This document shows positions 18,457 to 28,400 of a stretch of DNA of 64,000 bases, one piece after another. The notes under the pieces were generated by a model, which was not told where the DNA came from, searched no databases, and worked only from the letters and a program-made list of their open reading frames with translations. Position numbers and translations under genes: made by a program. Origin of the DNA: a virus; the IMG/VR virus record IMGVR_UViG_3300020061_000004, positions 1-64,000 of that record, one strand, 5' to 3'. Positions within the stretch are counted from its first letter, which is position 1. The number at the start of each line of letters is the position of its first letter.

Positions 18457-18936
18457 TTATAATTTATTAGATTTTATTCTATTATCTTTAGCCCATAAAG
18501 GTTGGAGATTTGTATAGTGAAAGCAAATTTCTTGATTTTTTGTATCTGTTAAATCAAAACTATCACAAGGAATAATATGATCTAAATGCCACTTACCATA
18601 GTTTTCAAAGGACATCCCATCTTGAAATTTAGATGATAAGTGTTCCTTGAGTTCTTCTAAATTACAACCTAATAAGGTCATAGTTTGTCTTGTTTTCGAT
18701 GTGATAGATTTACTAAGAAGAAAAGATAGCCTTTTTCTAAGATTACAAGCTATTCTAAAACCAATATTCTCTTGTCTCTTTCTCCTCCTATATTCATTCA
18801 CTCTTTCCTTATTATTCCTATGCCACTCTTTAGTATTCTCCCTCCATTTCTCTAAGGATTTACTTCTTTCTTCTTCTGATTTTATATTGAAAGGTTTATA
18901 ACCCTTAACAAATTGTCCCTTACTATTTCTTTCCAT
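18457..18936 (-). CDS. Free-standing HNH (endonuclease VII-like) homing endonuclease
   Basis: WHLDHIIP...CFHYTNLQPLW..DN..KSNK, with N-terminal RNSKGQFVKG. Confidence 0.8.
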   Translation of the reverse strand: MERNSKGQFVKGYKPFNIKSEEERSKSLEKWRENTKEWHRNNKERVNEYRRRKRQENIGFRIACNLRKRLSFLLSKSITSKTRQTMTLLGCNLEELKEHLSSKFQDGMSFENYGKWHLDHIIPCDSFDLTDTKNQEICFHYTNLQPLWAKDNRIKSNKL

Positions 18937-19397
18937 TAAAACCTAAGATAACCTATAATAGGATGAGCAGCCTTCCTAATTCTTCTAGCTACTTGATAAC
19001 CATTTCTACTACCAGCAGAATCAGTATTTCCTTCTATTGTGTGAAGAGTTCCATCAGTGGCTATCGATTCTATGATTCCTGTATGTCCAAGACCATTACC
19101 TAAATCCATTATAAAAATATCTCCTACTTGAGGAGTATGTACCTGATTTAACTGTTCATGAGTATATTCATTCAATACCCCACCAGTTTTTGTCATTGGA
19201 TTAACTACTCCAAGTTGTTTAGATGCTTGTACATAACACCAATAAACAAAAGCCATACACCAAGATGCAGCAAAGGTAATACCTACAGAATTGAGGTATC
19301 CCTGAACTGTTGGCCCCCAATTGGAACCTCGTGGTACTTCTTCCTTTCCTACTTGTGTAATAGCAATTTGGAGAGCACTATTGCTTAATTTGCTCAT
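18936..19397 (-). CDS. CHAP-domain endolysin
   Basis: WCMAFV (catalytic Cys), GHTG (His) and IEGNT motifs. Confidence 0.85.
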   Translation of the reverse strand: MSKLSNSALQIAITQVGKEEVPRGSNWGPTVQGYLNSVGITFAASWCMAFVYWCYVQASKQLGVVNPMTKTGGVLNEYTHEQLNQVHTPQVGDIFIMDLGNGLGHTGIIESIATDGTLHTIEGNTDSAGSRNGYQVARRIRKAAHPIIGYLRF

Positions 19398-19401
19398 ACA
19401 G

Positions 19402-19569
19402 TTATTTTACTTCTGTGTCAACTACCACTGGCTGAGCGGGCTGAGGAGCCTGTTCCTGTGATTTCTGATTCAGAAAATTAGCTAAAGGGGCACCATATTT
19501 AAAAGGCAGCTCATTAATAAAGTTATTCAACTGCTGTAAATCGGCTTCGTTCAATACTAATTGTTTCAT
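19402..19569 (-). CDS. Small hypothetical protein (55 aa, not in ORF track)
   Basis: MKQLVLNEADLQQLNNFINELPFKYG...DTEVK fills the intergenic gap. Confidence 0.65.
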   Translation of the reverse strand: MKQLVLNEADLQQLNNFINELPFKYGAPLANFLNQKSQEQAPQPAQPVVVDTEVK

Positions 19570-19596
19570 CTGTTTTGTTTTATATTTGGTTTAAAA

Positions 19597-20202
19597 TTAC
19601 GGGTTAACTAAACTAATAGTAGTTGTAATGCTTTGAACGTGTGTACCAGAATCTGTATAAGCTATAAAATAATAGTTAACAGACTGAGTTCCTACAGGAT
19701 TTGGAACACTAAATGTTCCAGTTCCACTACTACCAAGTAATACTTGCTCTATTGTTCCATTTACATAGAAGTCTACATGCGTAATACTTGATACAAATGG
19801 TCCACCAGTTACTACTGGTACTGATAAAAGAAATGGATTAACTGCACTATGTACTGTTCCTGTAGGTCCTGTAATAGTAAATGTTGTACTATTCTCAAAG
19901 CAGCAAGGAGGAGTTACATAGTTGATGATGGCATCATAAGTACGCTGTAAACTCTGAATATTACCTATTCTACTCATACCAAAGAGCATCGTATATACCG
20001 TCTTGGTAAATACCGATTCCTTTCCTGTATGAAGATCAATAATAGGACTTAGAGGATCACAACAATCTGAAGCAATCTTTATTTTAATATATTCAGCAGC
20101 CCTGAGTAATAAATTAGTATTAGCTAATTTTCTTGTGGCTGTAGACTTTAAATAGTCTTTAACATAGTTCTCAATTGGAGTACGTCTAATTACTCTTGAC
20201 AT
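19597..20202 (-). CDS. Putative virion protein with C-terminal Ig-like domain
   Basis: CC motifs. C-terminal ITHVDFYVNG...YYFIAYT resembles an Ig-like sandwich. Confidence 0.55.
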   Translation of the reverse strand: MSRVIRRTPIENYVKDYLKSTATRKLANTNLLLRAAEYIKIKIASDCCDPLSPIIDLHTGKESVFTKTVYTMLFGMSRIGNIQSLQRTYDAIINYVTPPCCFENSTTFTITGPTGTVHSAVNPFLLSVPVVTGGPFVSSITHVDFYVNGTIEQVLLGSSGTGTFSVPNPVGTQSVNYYFIAYTDSGTHVQSITTTISLVNP

Positions 20203-20723
20203 TATAGTGCTATTTTCTTTTTTAACTTAATTACTAGGAATATCAGGCCACCAATTACTAAGGCAATTCCTGCTACCCACCACTTCCATGATATTGATCC
20301 TGTTCTTTCAACAGTCTTAGTTTTCTTTGTATCATCTACTTTAAGAGCAGTATTATCTACTTTCTTAAGATGTACAGTATCACTGGTGATATTCTTATAG
20401 GATGAATCTTTGAGATTCTTGACTCTTATCCTAATGTATTTAGGATGAACACCTGTCTCTTTAATTATCTTCCCTATTGGTGTAGTGGTATCAATAGCTG
20501 ATGAATCATCAGGATATATTTCTATATCTAAACTATCAAGATTTAATACATGGCCAGATACTTCTGATCTACTCTTACTAATACTATCTATAGAAAGAGT
20601 ATGTGTACTATCACTCTTACGATGTTCATAGCTCTTATTCTTGTGTATAGTACCACAAGAACAGTATAATACTATCATTGTAATACCTATTACCCATCTT
20701 ACTATCTTAGAACCAAGTGACAT
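20202..20723 (-). CDS. Lipoprotein with C-terminal TM helix, putative unimolecular spanin
   Basis: Signal peptide ending in LYCSC and C-terminal WWVAGIALVIGGLIFLVI-KLKKK. Located near the endolysin. Confidence 0.65.
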   Translation of the reverse strand: MSLGSKIVRWVIGITMIVLYCSCGTIHKNKSYEHRKSDSTHTLSIDSISKSRSEVSGHVLNLDSLDIEIYPDDSSAIDTTTPIGKIIKETGVHPKYIRIRVKNLKDSSYKNITSDTVHLKKVDNTALKVDDTKKTKTVERTGSISWKWWVAGIALVIGGLIFLVIKLKKKIAL

Positions 20724-21117
20724 ATGCTGTTAATATTAAAGCTAGAACTAGAAATACAATTGATTTCTCTACTGCTCCATTTATTCCAAATATCTTTATA
20801 AATTGCTTATCTACCCATGCTGTTGATCCTAAATAAGTGGCACTAAGTCCACTATAAATATTGAAAGCAACATCAAATACTGCAAGTCTTACTAGAAGAG
20901 CTTGTCCTAATACCCAATACCATATATTAGGAAAATCAAAAGCTAATGTACCCGCAAACATTGCAAATATAATTGCTCCATCTCTATGCCAACGTTGTAT
21001 TCTCGTTGTAACAATATCACCTATAGCAGATTTATCTTTAAGAAGATAAGAACTTGCGTCCTTACCTGCCGCAAATAATGTGAATATTACTAATATTGCT
21101 AGAGCAATAAAGGCCAT
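20707..21117 (-). CDS. Multi-pass membrane protein
   Basis: Several hydrophobic segments. Confidence 0.7.
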   Translation of the reverse strand: MAFIALAILVIFTLFAAGKDASSYLLKDKSAIGDIVTTRIQRWHRDGAIIFAMFAGTLAFDFPNIWYWVLGQALLVRLAVFDVAFNIYSGLSATYLGSTAWVDKQFIKIFGINGAVEKSIVFLVLALILTAYVTWF

Positions 21118-21647
21118 TATTTAGATTTCGCTTTGTCAATTTTTGCTTGAATAAGATCAATACTTTCAGGAACAAGTCCTGTTTCTACGATCTTAATGCT
21201 ATCTTCAGGAGATACTTTATACTCACTAAAGAAATAGTTTGCTTTTGTACTATCAGTGACATTAATAGGTTTTCCCTTGGTGATCCATACATTTACATCA
21301 GGAATTCCTTGATTTCTATCAGATCGCTTAACTGCTGCGGGTCCTATAAGTCCACCGATCAGCAGAAAAGCCGATACTGCTTGAGTAATTACACCCTGAA
21401 CACTTCCAGAATCATCTGAAAATTTCTTATAATAAAGATAAAATCCTCCAAGTCCTAGCAATGGAAGAATAATCTGCCAAATACCAGCATTCCAGAAATT
21501 ATGTGTAAAGTTATATGCTATTTCTTTTGAGTATAACGCTACTAAGATAGATGCAACTACAAATATAATTGCTACTACTGTTTCCCATGCATTTTTAAAC
21601 ATACTTATATTTTTTACAAAAGTACTATAAATACTTGATATATCCAA
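21117..21647 (-). CDS. Membrane protein (3 predicted TM)
   Basis: Three hydrophobic stretches followed by a soluble C-terminus. Confidence 0.7.
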   Translation of the reverse strand: MDISSIYSTFVKNISMFKNAWETVVAIIFVVASILVALYSKEIAYNFTHNFWNAGIWQIILPLLGLGGFYLYYKKFSDDSGSVQGVITQAVSAFLLIGGLIGPAAVKRSDRNQGIPDVNVWITKGKPINVTDSTKANYFFSEYKVSPEDSIKIVETGLVPESIDLIQAKIDKAKSK

Positions 21648-21648
21648 A

Positions 21649-22029
21649 TTAAGATTTAGATTTGGTTTTTAGTAATCTCTTCTCTTCATCTACTAAGCTA
21701 CGAAGGCGTTTGAATAATACAAACTTATCTTTTAACCATTTATAGACACTATCAATTAATATCATACCCATCATTCCAACTATAAACGATAGTGCAGCCA
21801 TATATTCAGGAGCTATTTTTTCACCATATGCTATCAAAGGAGTAACGTAACCAGCTACTAATGAGCCGATTATTATCTGACGTAATGCTTCCCAAAACTT
21901 GAGTTTCTTATACATAGACCAGACAAATGCTCCAATAAATCCATTTATTAGATATTTGTATCCTATACCAAGGCTATCTAAGAATTTTAGAAGTTGATCG
22001 AGTTTCATTTTCAGAGTGACATTTTTCAT
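21649..22029 (-). CDS. Putative holin
   Basis: Three short TM segments and a highly basic C-terminal tail, in a lysis context. Confidence 0.6.
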   Translation of the reverse strand: MKNVTLKMKLDQLLKFLDSLGIGYKYLINGFIGAFVWSMYKKLKFWEALRQIIIGSLVAGYVTPLIAYGEKIAPEYMAALSFIVGMMGMILIDSVYKWLKDKFVLFKRLRSLVDEEKRLLKTKSKS

Positions 22030-22053
22030 CCTGCATACTGGGGGGGTTTATTT

Positions 22054-22395
22054 TTAAGCTCCTTCTTCAGTTGGTTGCACAGGACCGGGTGGCGGAATTG
22101 ATCCAATTACAGTGTTTTGATACGTTTTCAGACCGAGTAAAGCCGCAATTAAGGCAGCTTCCACTCCCAGAATAATTGCCACTTGTGCCAATGCAGCAGA
22201 TATTGCTGTTATTATTGGAGCATCAACTGGCTTGTTCTGTAGGATAAGGTTTAATACAGTTGTCGCTACGAACGACGAATTATGAACATTTCTTATGAAA
22301 TCGATTACTAAAATAAATGCCGCACCACTTCTAAGGGAAATTTGATTATCATTCCCCTCCCACAATGGACGAAAATATCTGAATAGTCTCTTCAC
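22054..22395 (-). CDS. Small membrane protein (holin-like)
   Basis: GTG start, hydrophobic segments, located in the lysis cassette. Confidence 0.55.
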   Translation of the reverse strand: MKRLFRYFRPLWEGNDNQISLRSGAAFILVIDFIRNVHNSSFVATTVLNLILQNKPVDAPIITAISAALAQVAIILGVEAALIAALLGLKTYQNTVIGSIPPPGPVQPTEEGA

Positions 22396-22404
22396 TATTA
22401 TTTA

Positions 22405-24894
22405 TTATTGGAATAGTGCCCAATCAAAGGTTACAGTTCCGGTTAATCCAGCAAGATATGTAACAGTAAAAGTAGTAGTTGTCTTATTTGTTACAAAAAA
22501 TAAAGCAGCAGATAATGCACTTGTAGGAGTAACATTTACTTTATAAGTGTTATTTGGCTGAGTACTACCTATTGTTACAGTAAATACTGTAGTTGCAGCT
22601 CCTACTTGAGAAAAACTTGCAGAAATAACTGGAAGTACTTGAGCAGATAGTACACCAGTAGATGATGCTACTACCATTCTAGTACCTGTACCAGCAAGTG
22701 ATGAAGCAGAGAATCCTCCAGTATGAGCCCAGTTACCAGTTCCACTATCAGTAGTAATACTAGTAATGCCAGAACCTAATGCCGACCCTCCTGTTACTCT
22801 AAAAGGAGTTGCTGATCCTGCTCCAGTACCTGCATCAGGCCAGAATACAAGCTGCATAGCACCAGTTATAAACTGCCATCCGACTACACGGTTATTAGTA
22901 GTACGTGTAGAGTCTACAAATAATTCAGTAGGCCAGTTATTAGCAATTGCTCCTAAAAATAGACCTGTAGTAGTTACAGCTGGAAAAGCAGCAGATACTC
23001 CTGTTCCTAAAGCTGATATTGTCCCTTGTGCGCTTATATTAGTAGTTGAACTAAAAGCACCAGTATGTGCCCATGATCCACTACCACTTGTAGATGTAAT
23101 ACCTGTAATACCACTCGCTTGTCCTCCAGCAATTGCTAAGGCAGGTATAGCTGTATTACCTGCATCATTCTTAAAGCGAAGTTGTAATGCACCTTGGAAG
23201 AATATTAATTCACCAGTACGATTTCCTGCTGTTTTTGTAGAATCATAAAATACTACATCACCTATTCCCGGATTTCCTACTAATGCAACTCCTGAATTTG
23301 TTGGAGAAGCAGGACTAGTATTAGCAGTAGAGTTTACAGTTCCTTGAACATTTGTATTACCTGTTACAAGAATGTCTCCTCCAATTACACCAGTTCCTGA
23401 AATATTGAAATTAGATGTAGCTTGTTGTGTAGTCTGATTTAGTACAAATCCGCTACCAGCAGTGGTGAATTGTTGTAAAGTTATAAATTCGTTAGGATTA
23501 ACAGCATCTGTACCAGATACTCTACCATCAGCAAAAATAATATTTGTCCCAGTTAATCCTCCATTAGGATCAGAATGAGATATATGTAAGTCTACCGCAG
23601 TATCAGTTGTATCACGTACATTTATATATGCTACTTGGCCTAAAGTAGCCATTAAATCAAGAACAGGTCTATCTGCATCACACATTACTGCTGCCTGTGG
23701 ATTATTACCACTAATGCTACCTATAGCACGTATCCTAGCTGACCCAATAGTATTTTGTACATCAAGATCGGTAAATGCTCCAGCAGTAGATAATAATGAA
23801 ACATTATCTGAAAAAAAGCCAGTACCATTTACCTGTAATCTATGTCCACTATCTGTTACTACTGTACTTAGACCCAGAATAGTATTTTGATCTGCTCTAC
23901 CAATCACTACTACATTACTAAGATCAGTATTTATTCCTTCACCTAATATGACAGTATTACTACCTGTTATTGCTGTAGCATTATTAATATTTGCTCCAAC
24001 AAAGACATTATTATCTCCAACTGGACCATTATTAATACCAAATTGATTAAAACCTACAAATACATTTGCTATTCCAACTGTATTTGTTATCTGACTACCT
24101 ATTCTTGCTCCAACACTTGTATTTCCATCTCCAATTACAGGTTCACCAGGACCAGGAACTGGAAGTGAATTTCCATGTGTAAATGAGTTACTACCAATAA
24201 CAGTAGTATTATTCATAGCAATAGTTCCAGCACTTTGAATTGTTAAAGCTCCTATAACAACATTACTAGTTCCATTGTTAAATTTGAGAGTATTTGATCC
24301 TAGAGTTATATTTTCACTACCTGTAGTACTATGCGATTGTGAATCTGTTCCCATAGCAATATTATCACTACCAGTGGTATTTGCTCCAAGAGCAGCACCT
24401 GCCCATCCTAATGCTATATTAAAACTACCAGTGGTATTTTGTCCTAGAGTATCATCTCCTATACCAATGTTGAACGATCCTGTAGTATTTGATACGAGTA
24501 TACGATTTCCAAATCCATAATTAAGATCAGAATTCATAGTAGCATTCCCAGAGCCTACTCCTAGGAACATATTAGAACGAGCATCTGATGTTATTCCAAA
24601 TACAGGTGCTCCATTAATTTGAAAATCAATGAAGGGAGTTGTAATAGTCTTAGCAGTTGGAGCAAGAAGTGCTAATAACTTAGTATTTGCAGTATTTGAT
24701 ATATTAAGATTAAATCCTCCTAATGGGATTTCTCGATTTGTTAATAAAATAGCCGGATTACCCACTGCACCAACAGGTTGTCCTAATTGGACAATTGTAC
24801 CAGCTAAAGATGTACCATTATCAGCATTAGTAAGGGTTCCACCACCCCCACCACCACTAGTACCAATAGAATATCGAGATAACGAAAGACTCAT
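22405..24894 (-). CDS. Long tail fibre / receptor-binding protein
   Basis: NTTGSxNIxxG beta-roll repeats (YadA-head-like), an internal ~70-aa duplication, and a C-terminal YKVNVTP...TFTV domain. Confidence 0.8.
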   Translation of the reverse strand: MSLSLSRYSIGTSGGGGGGTLTNADNGTSLAGTIVQLGQPVGAVGNPAILLTNREIPLGGFNLNISNTANTKLLALLAPTAKTITTPFIDFQINGAPVFGITSDARSNMFLGVGSGNATMNSDLNYGFGNRILVSNTTGSFNIGIGDDTLGQNTTGSFNIALGWAGAALGANTTGSDNIAMGTDSQSHSTTGSENITLGSNTLKFNNGTSNVVIGALTIQSAGTIAMNNTTVIGSNSFTHGNSLPVPGPGEPVIGDGNTSVGARIGSQITNTVGIANVFVGFNQFGINNGPVGDNNVFVGANINNATAITGSNTVILGEGINTDLSNVVVIGRADQNTILGLSTVVTDSGHRLQVNGTGFFSDNVSLLSTAGAFTDLDVQNTIGSARIRAIGSISGNNPQAAVMCDADRPVLDLMATLGQVAYINVRDTTDTAVDLHISHSDPNGGLTGTNIIFADGRVSGTDAVNPNEFITLQQFTTAGSGFVLNQTTQQATSNFNISGTGVIGGDILVTGNTNVQGTVNSTANTSPASPTNSGVALVGNPGIGDVVFYDSTKTAGNRTGELIFFQGALQLRFKNDAGNTAIPALAIAGGQASGITGITSTSGSGSWAHTGAFSSTTNISAQGTISALGTGVSAAFPAVTTTGLFLGAIANNWPTELFVDSTRTTNNRVVGWQFITGAMQLVFWPDAGTGAGSATPFRVTGGSALGSGITSITTDSGTGNWAHTGGFSASSLAGTGTRMVVASSTGVLSAQVLPVISASFSQVGAATTVFTVTIGSTQPNNTYKVNVTPTSALSAALFFVTNKTTTTFTVTYLAGLTGTVTFDWALFQ

Positions 24895-24900
24895 AATAAA

Positions 24901-25311
24901 TTATTTTATACCATGCCATTTAAAAGTACCTGTTCCACTTATACCATATGTAGGAAGAAGTTGTTCCGCAGTAGCAGCATCTACAAATATTTCTCCCGGT
25001 TCAGTCATTTCAAATGTACTGGCATCAGATAAAGTTATAATTACAGTATCTGTATTAGCTGACGTTTTTAGGATAGAAATACTTTTAAAACCAGCAGGAA
25101 TTGGTCCAGAAACACCAGCAGATGTAATCTGAGTAGTGGGAGGAACTGAGGGAACAATAGTTACATTAACTGGATTAGTAACAGGATTCGTAATGATAAC
25201 ATTAGGAGTTGTACCAGAAGCCGCAGCTAATTTACATAATGACTGACTGATTGTTCTTAAACGAAGGGCGAATTCGCCAAAATAAGGTTTTAAATCACCT
25301 ATTAATGCCAT
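24901..25311 (-). CDS. Hypothetical structural protein
   Basis: 136-aa ORF, first gene after the terminator. Confidence 0.6.
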   Translation of the reverse strand: MALIGDLKPYFGEFALRLRTISQSLCKLAAASGTTPNVIITNPVTNPVNVTIVPSVPPTTQITSAGVSGPIPAGFKSISILKTSANTDTVIITLSDASTFEMTEPGEIFVDAATAEQLLPTYGISGTGTFKWHGIK

Positions 25312-25384
25312 AATTTTAAATTTATCAACTTGAAATAAAGTCCAACTCTGAGAGAGTCCAGTGCATATCTTGCACTCGCCTCAC

Positions 25385-25415
25385 AAAAATAGCGTATTCT
25401 TGGGAGAATACGCTA
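25385..25415 (-). terminator. Intrinsic terminator
   Basis: Perfect 11-bp stem TAGCGTATTCT-N4-AGAATACGCTA followed by TTTTT on the - strand. Confidence 0.75.
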
Positions 25416-25445
25416 AGTATTGGGTAATTCATATCTCTAATAGCA

Positions 25446-28400
25446 TTATTTTGTACCCGGTAGATTATAGTATTTAATCTGTTCATCTGGTGTCATTGTA
25501 TTTATGACCTGACGTATACCGGGAAGTGCTTTTAACATCTTGATGTATAACTTATTATCTCCTTGTTTAGCAAATCCTGAAGCTCTTGAATACTCTTCTG
25601 TAGGACTTGTAAGCTGCTGAGCCACTGCTGTATATTTTTCAATTAAATTGATAGATGCGGCAGGGTTTCTCACTACTCGGATAAAGTCAGCAGGAGAGAT
25701 ATACTGTGTAATATCCGCAGACATTCTGGTTAGCTGAAGTTTAGCTTCTGAAGTTATCCAACTCTTGTCATCATCTTCATTTGAGAATCCAGCAAGTAGC
25801 ATAGCAGCAAGAATTACACCAAACTCAAATACTGTTCTATTGATGGCATTCTTCTGATCTTCATTATATCCTTCTTTAGTCCATAATCTCTGAAGCATTC
25901 CGAATTTATAATCTTTAGCATCTGCTACAACTTTCTTCATAAATGTATTCCAATATCCCTCATTTGTAGTACCAAGTTCGTAATCTACATATTTTCTACC
26001 ATATCTACTCTTGAATGCTGTAAACATATACTTACGGAACATTAGTCCAAGCTTTCCATACCAGCGACGTTGTGCCACTGCTTTATCAAACTTATTGTAT
26101 ACACCATGAAGACTCTTATTGATGGCATGAAGACGATTTCTAAATAGGCTATCATCTTGAGCAGTCCAGTTGATATTAGGATTGTTTGTAATAGGGATTC
26201 TGTCTCCATTTGTATCTTTTTGATTCCAAGCATCAAATAGATGTATTTCTTTACCATCCTTCGTAGTTACCTTAGTGGCATGCATAAGAGATAACATACC
26301 TGAAAGCTGAATCTGATGTTCACCACCTTTCTGCATGAACATTAAGCTATTACTTCTAAAGAGTTTATTTAACTTTCCAGTAGTAACATCTTGGCCATAT
26401 TCATTCTTAAACTCACCTTGTGGAATATCATAATGTTCAGCCATTTCATGCATAATACTATCAGTCTGTCCAGCTATCTCACCAATTACTTCAGGCATTA
26501 ATTTCCAATACTGTCCATTACCCCAAAGCCAGTCTTTCTTACCCCAGAATCTTCCACCCATAGCTTCAAGGGCATTATTATAATTACCTACAATAACGTT
26601 ATTTACACCACCAGTGAAGTTAAGAGCCATATTGGTGACTGTTGTAAGAAATCCTGCATTATCAGCAATCTTATTAACAGAGAAGTCTCTTCCTAATATA
26701 TTTACAGTAGCTTTAAACTCAGCATCTCCAAATACAATATCATCAATAAACTCGTTAAGACGAGCATTAAGCATATCTTCACGAGCCATCTTTGGTACTA
26801 CTTTCTGAGTGATGGCATTCAATTTAGCAATACCCTTAGCATTAGTTTTAGCAATCTGTCTTCCTTTAATACCTAAGTTATAGTCACCATTAAGAACAGT
26901 CTTTAGAACAAGAATATTAGGTTCTACTTCAGACATTCCTTCAAAATGGTTAGCCATTTGAGAAAACTTCATTGTAGAGCTTAGTAAGTCTACTTTTAGA
27001 TCACTTTGATCCAGAAGTTTGGTATATTTAATAGGAATATGTTTTACTTCCGTTCCATCCTGACGCTGTACGGTACGATCACTGTCATAGTTTGCATATA
27101 AGCTACGTATAGGGGCTTTAGCAGCATCTAAAAGGTTCTTTTTAACAGTGTCTTTACTCCAGTTGATGTCAGAAAAGGCATTTTTACCCTTAGACTCTTG
27201 TGGAATAATACCATATTTTAAACCATATGTACCAAGCTTTTCATTAGCATCTTGATAGGAATTGAAAAGTGTTTTATAATAGTCACTAGTCATCATTCTA
27301 CCAAAATCAGGATTTTTATACTTCTCAGCAGGTAATACTAAATCTCCAGAGAATATGCGAAAAGTATCATTCTTATTATTATAGGTATAGATACGATCTT
27401 TATAATTACTTGCTTTTGATTGCCCATTACTATAAAATTCATTATCTATTACCTTAGTATTATTCAACAGCCATTTTTCAAACTGTCTCCTAGATAATTC
27501 TTTTCTCTTTTGATCTATAATATTAGCAGTATTAGGATTTATCCTAGTATTCTGAGAATAAAACTTTGATACAGCTCTTTGATATTCTTTATATGCTTTT
27601 CTATCAGACTGTTTAGGTTTCTCTCCAAGATTCTTATAGAAAGTTTTACGATCTTTATCAAACTGATCTTCTAAATATTCTGTATGAAATGCTAAACGAT
27701 TAACATATCCATAGACAGCCTGTCCATTTTCATCAACTCCCACTTGTTCATAATTCTCAGCCTGACGTAAAAACTGCATATTAAAATCTTCTTCTCCTTT
27801 CTTAGTAGAATAAAGAGGAGTACTCCTTACTTTATCATAAGCTTCTTGAAGTTCTTTTCCTATATGTAGGTCTTTTAGGTGATTATCATATACTACATCT
27901 TTAAGAGCCAAAGCTACAGCGGCTGATATAGCATCCTGAGAGTTGATGACAGCTCCAAGGAAATATCCTGAACTATCAATATCTCTTGTAGCCATTATCA
28001 TTTGGTCTCTAAATTGTTCTTTGGTAAGAACATCTTTAGTATTACCCTTAGCAATAAGAGCAGCATTGGTGGGTTCTATATAAGGATATAACCATTCTGT
28101 AACAAACGAAAGAGCAAAGTTCTTATAGTCAGCTACCATTATATCTTTCTTAGCAATAGCTTCTGCAAGCTTTGCCATTGTATCATCTTTATAGGTGGCT
28201 CCTTCTTTGATGTATAAGAGCTGAGCATCACTCATAGCATCAAATACATTAAGAAGCTGTTGTATTTCACCTAATATACCTAGATTATAGGCAATATCTT
28301 CTTTACTAAGCTTAGATGGGTCTTTAACAGCATCTCTAAGTGTATTAAAGCGATTATAAGCAGAGTCTACATAGTTAAGACTATTTGCAACGAAGTTATT

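Noticed and set aside
22040-22046. G7 homopolymer upstream of the holin as a phase-variation site
   Set aside because: It is short and intergenic, and a single sequence gives no evidence of length variation.
14628-24894. Diversity-generating retroelement or invertible fibre cassette
   Set aside because: No reverse transcriptase or invertase, and I saw no near-identical TR/VR pair or inverted repeats. The similarities are diverged and at the protein level.
22766-25132. + strand ORFs opposite the fibre genes, and similar antisense ORFs throughout the window
   Set aside because: They are shadows of G/T/A-rich coding sequence on the other strand, with no motifs or expression signals.
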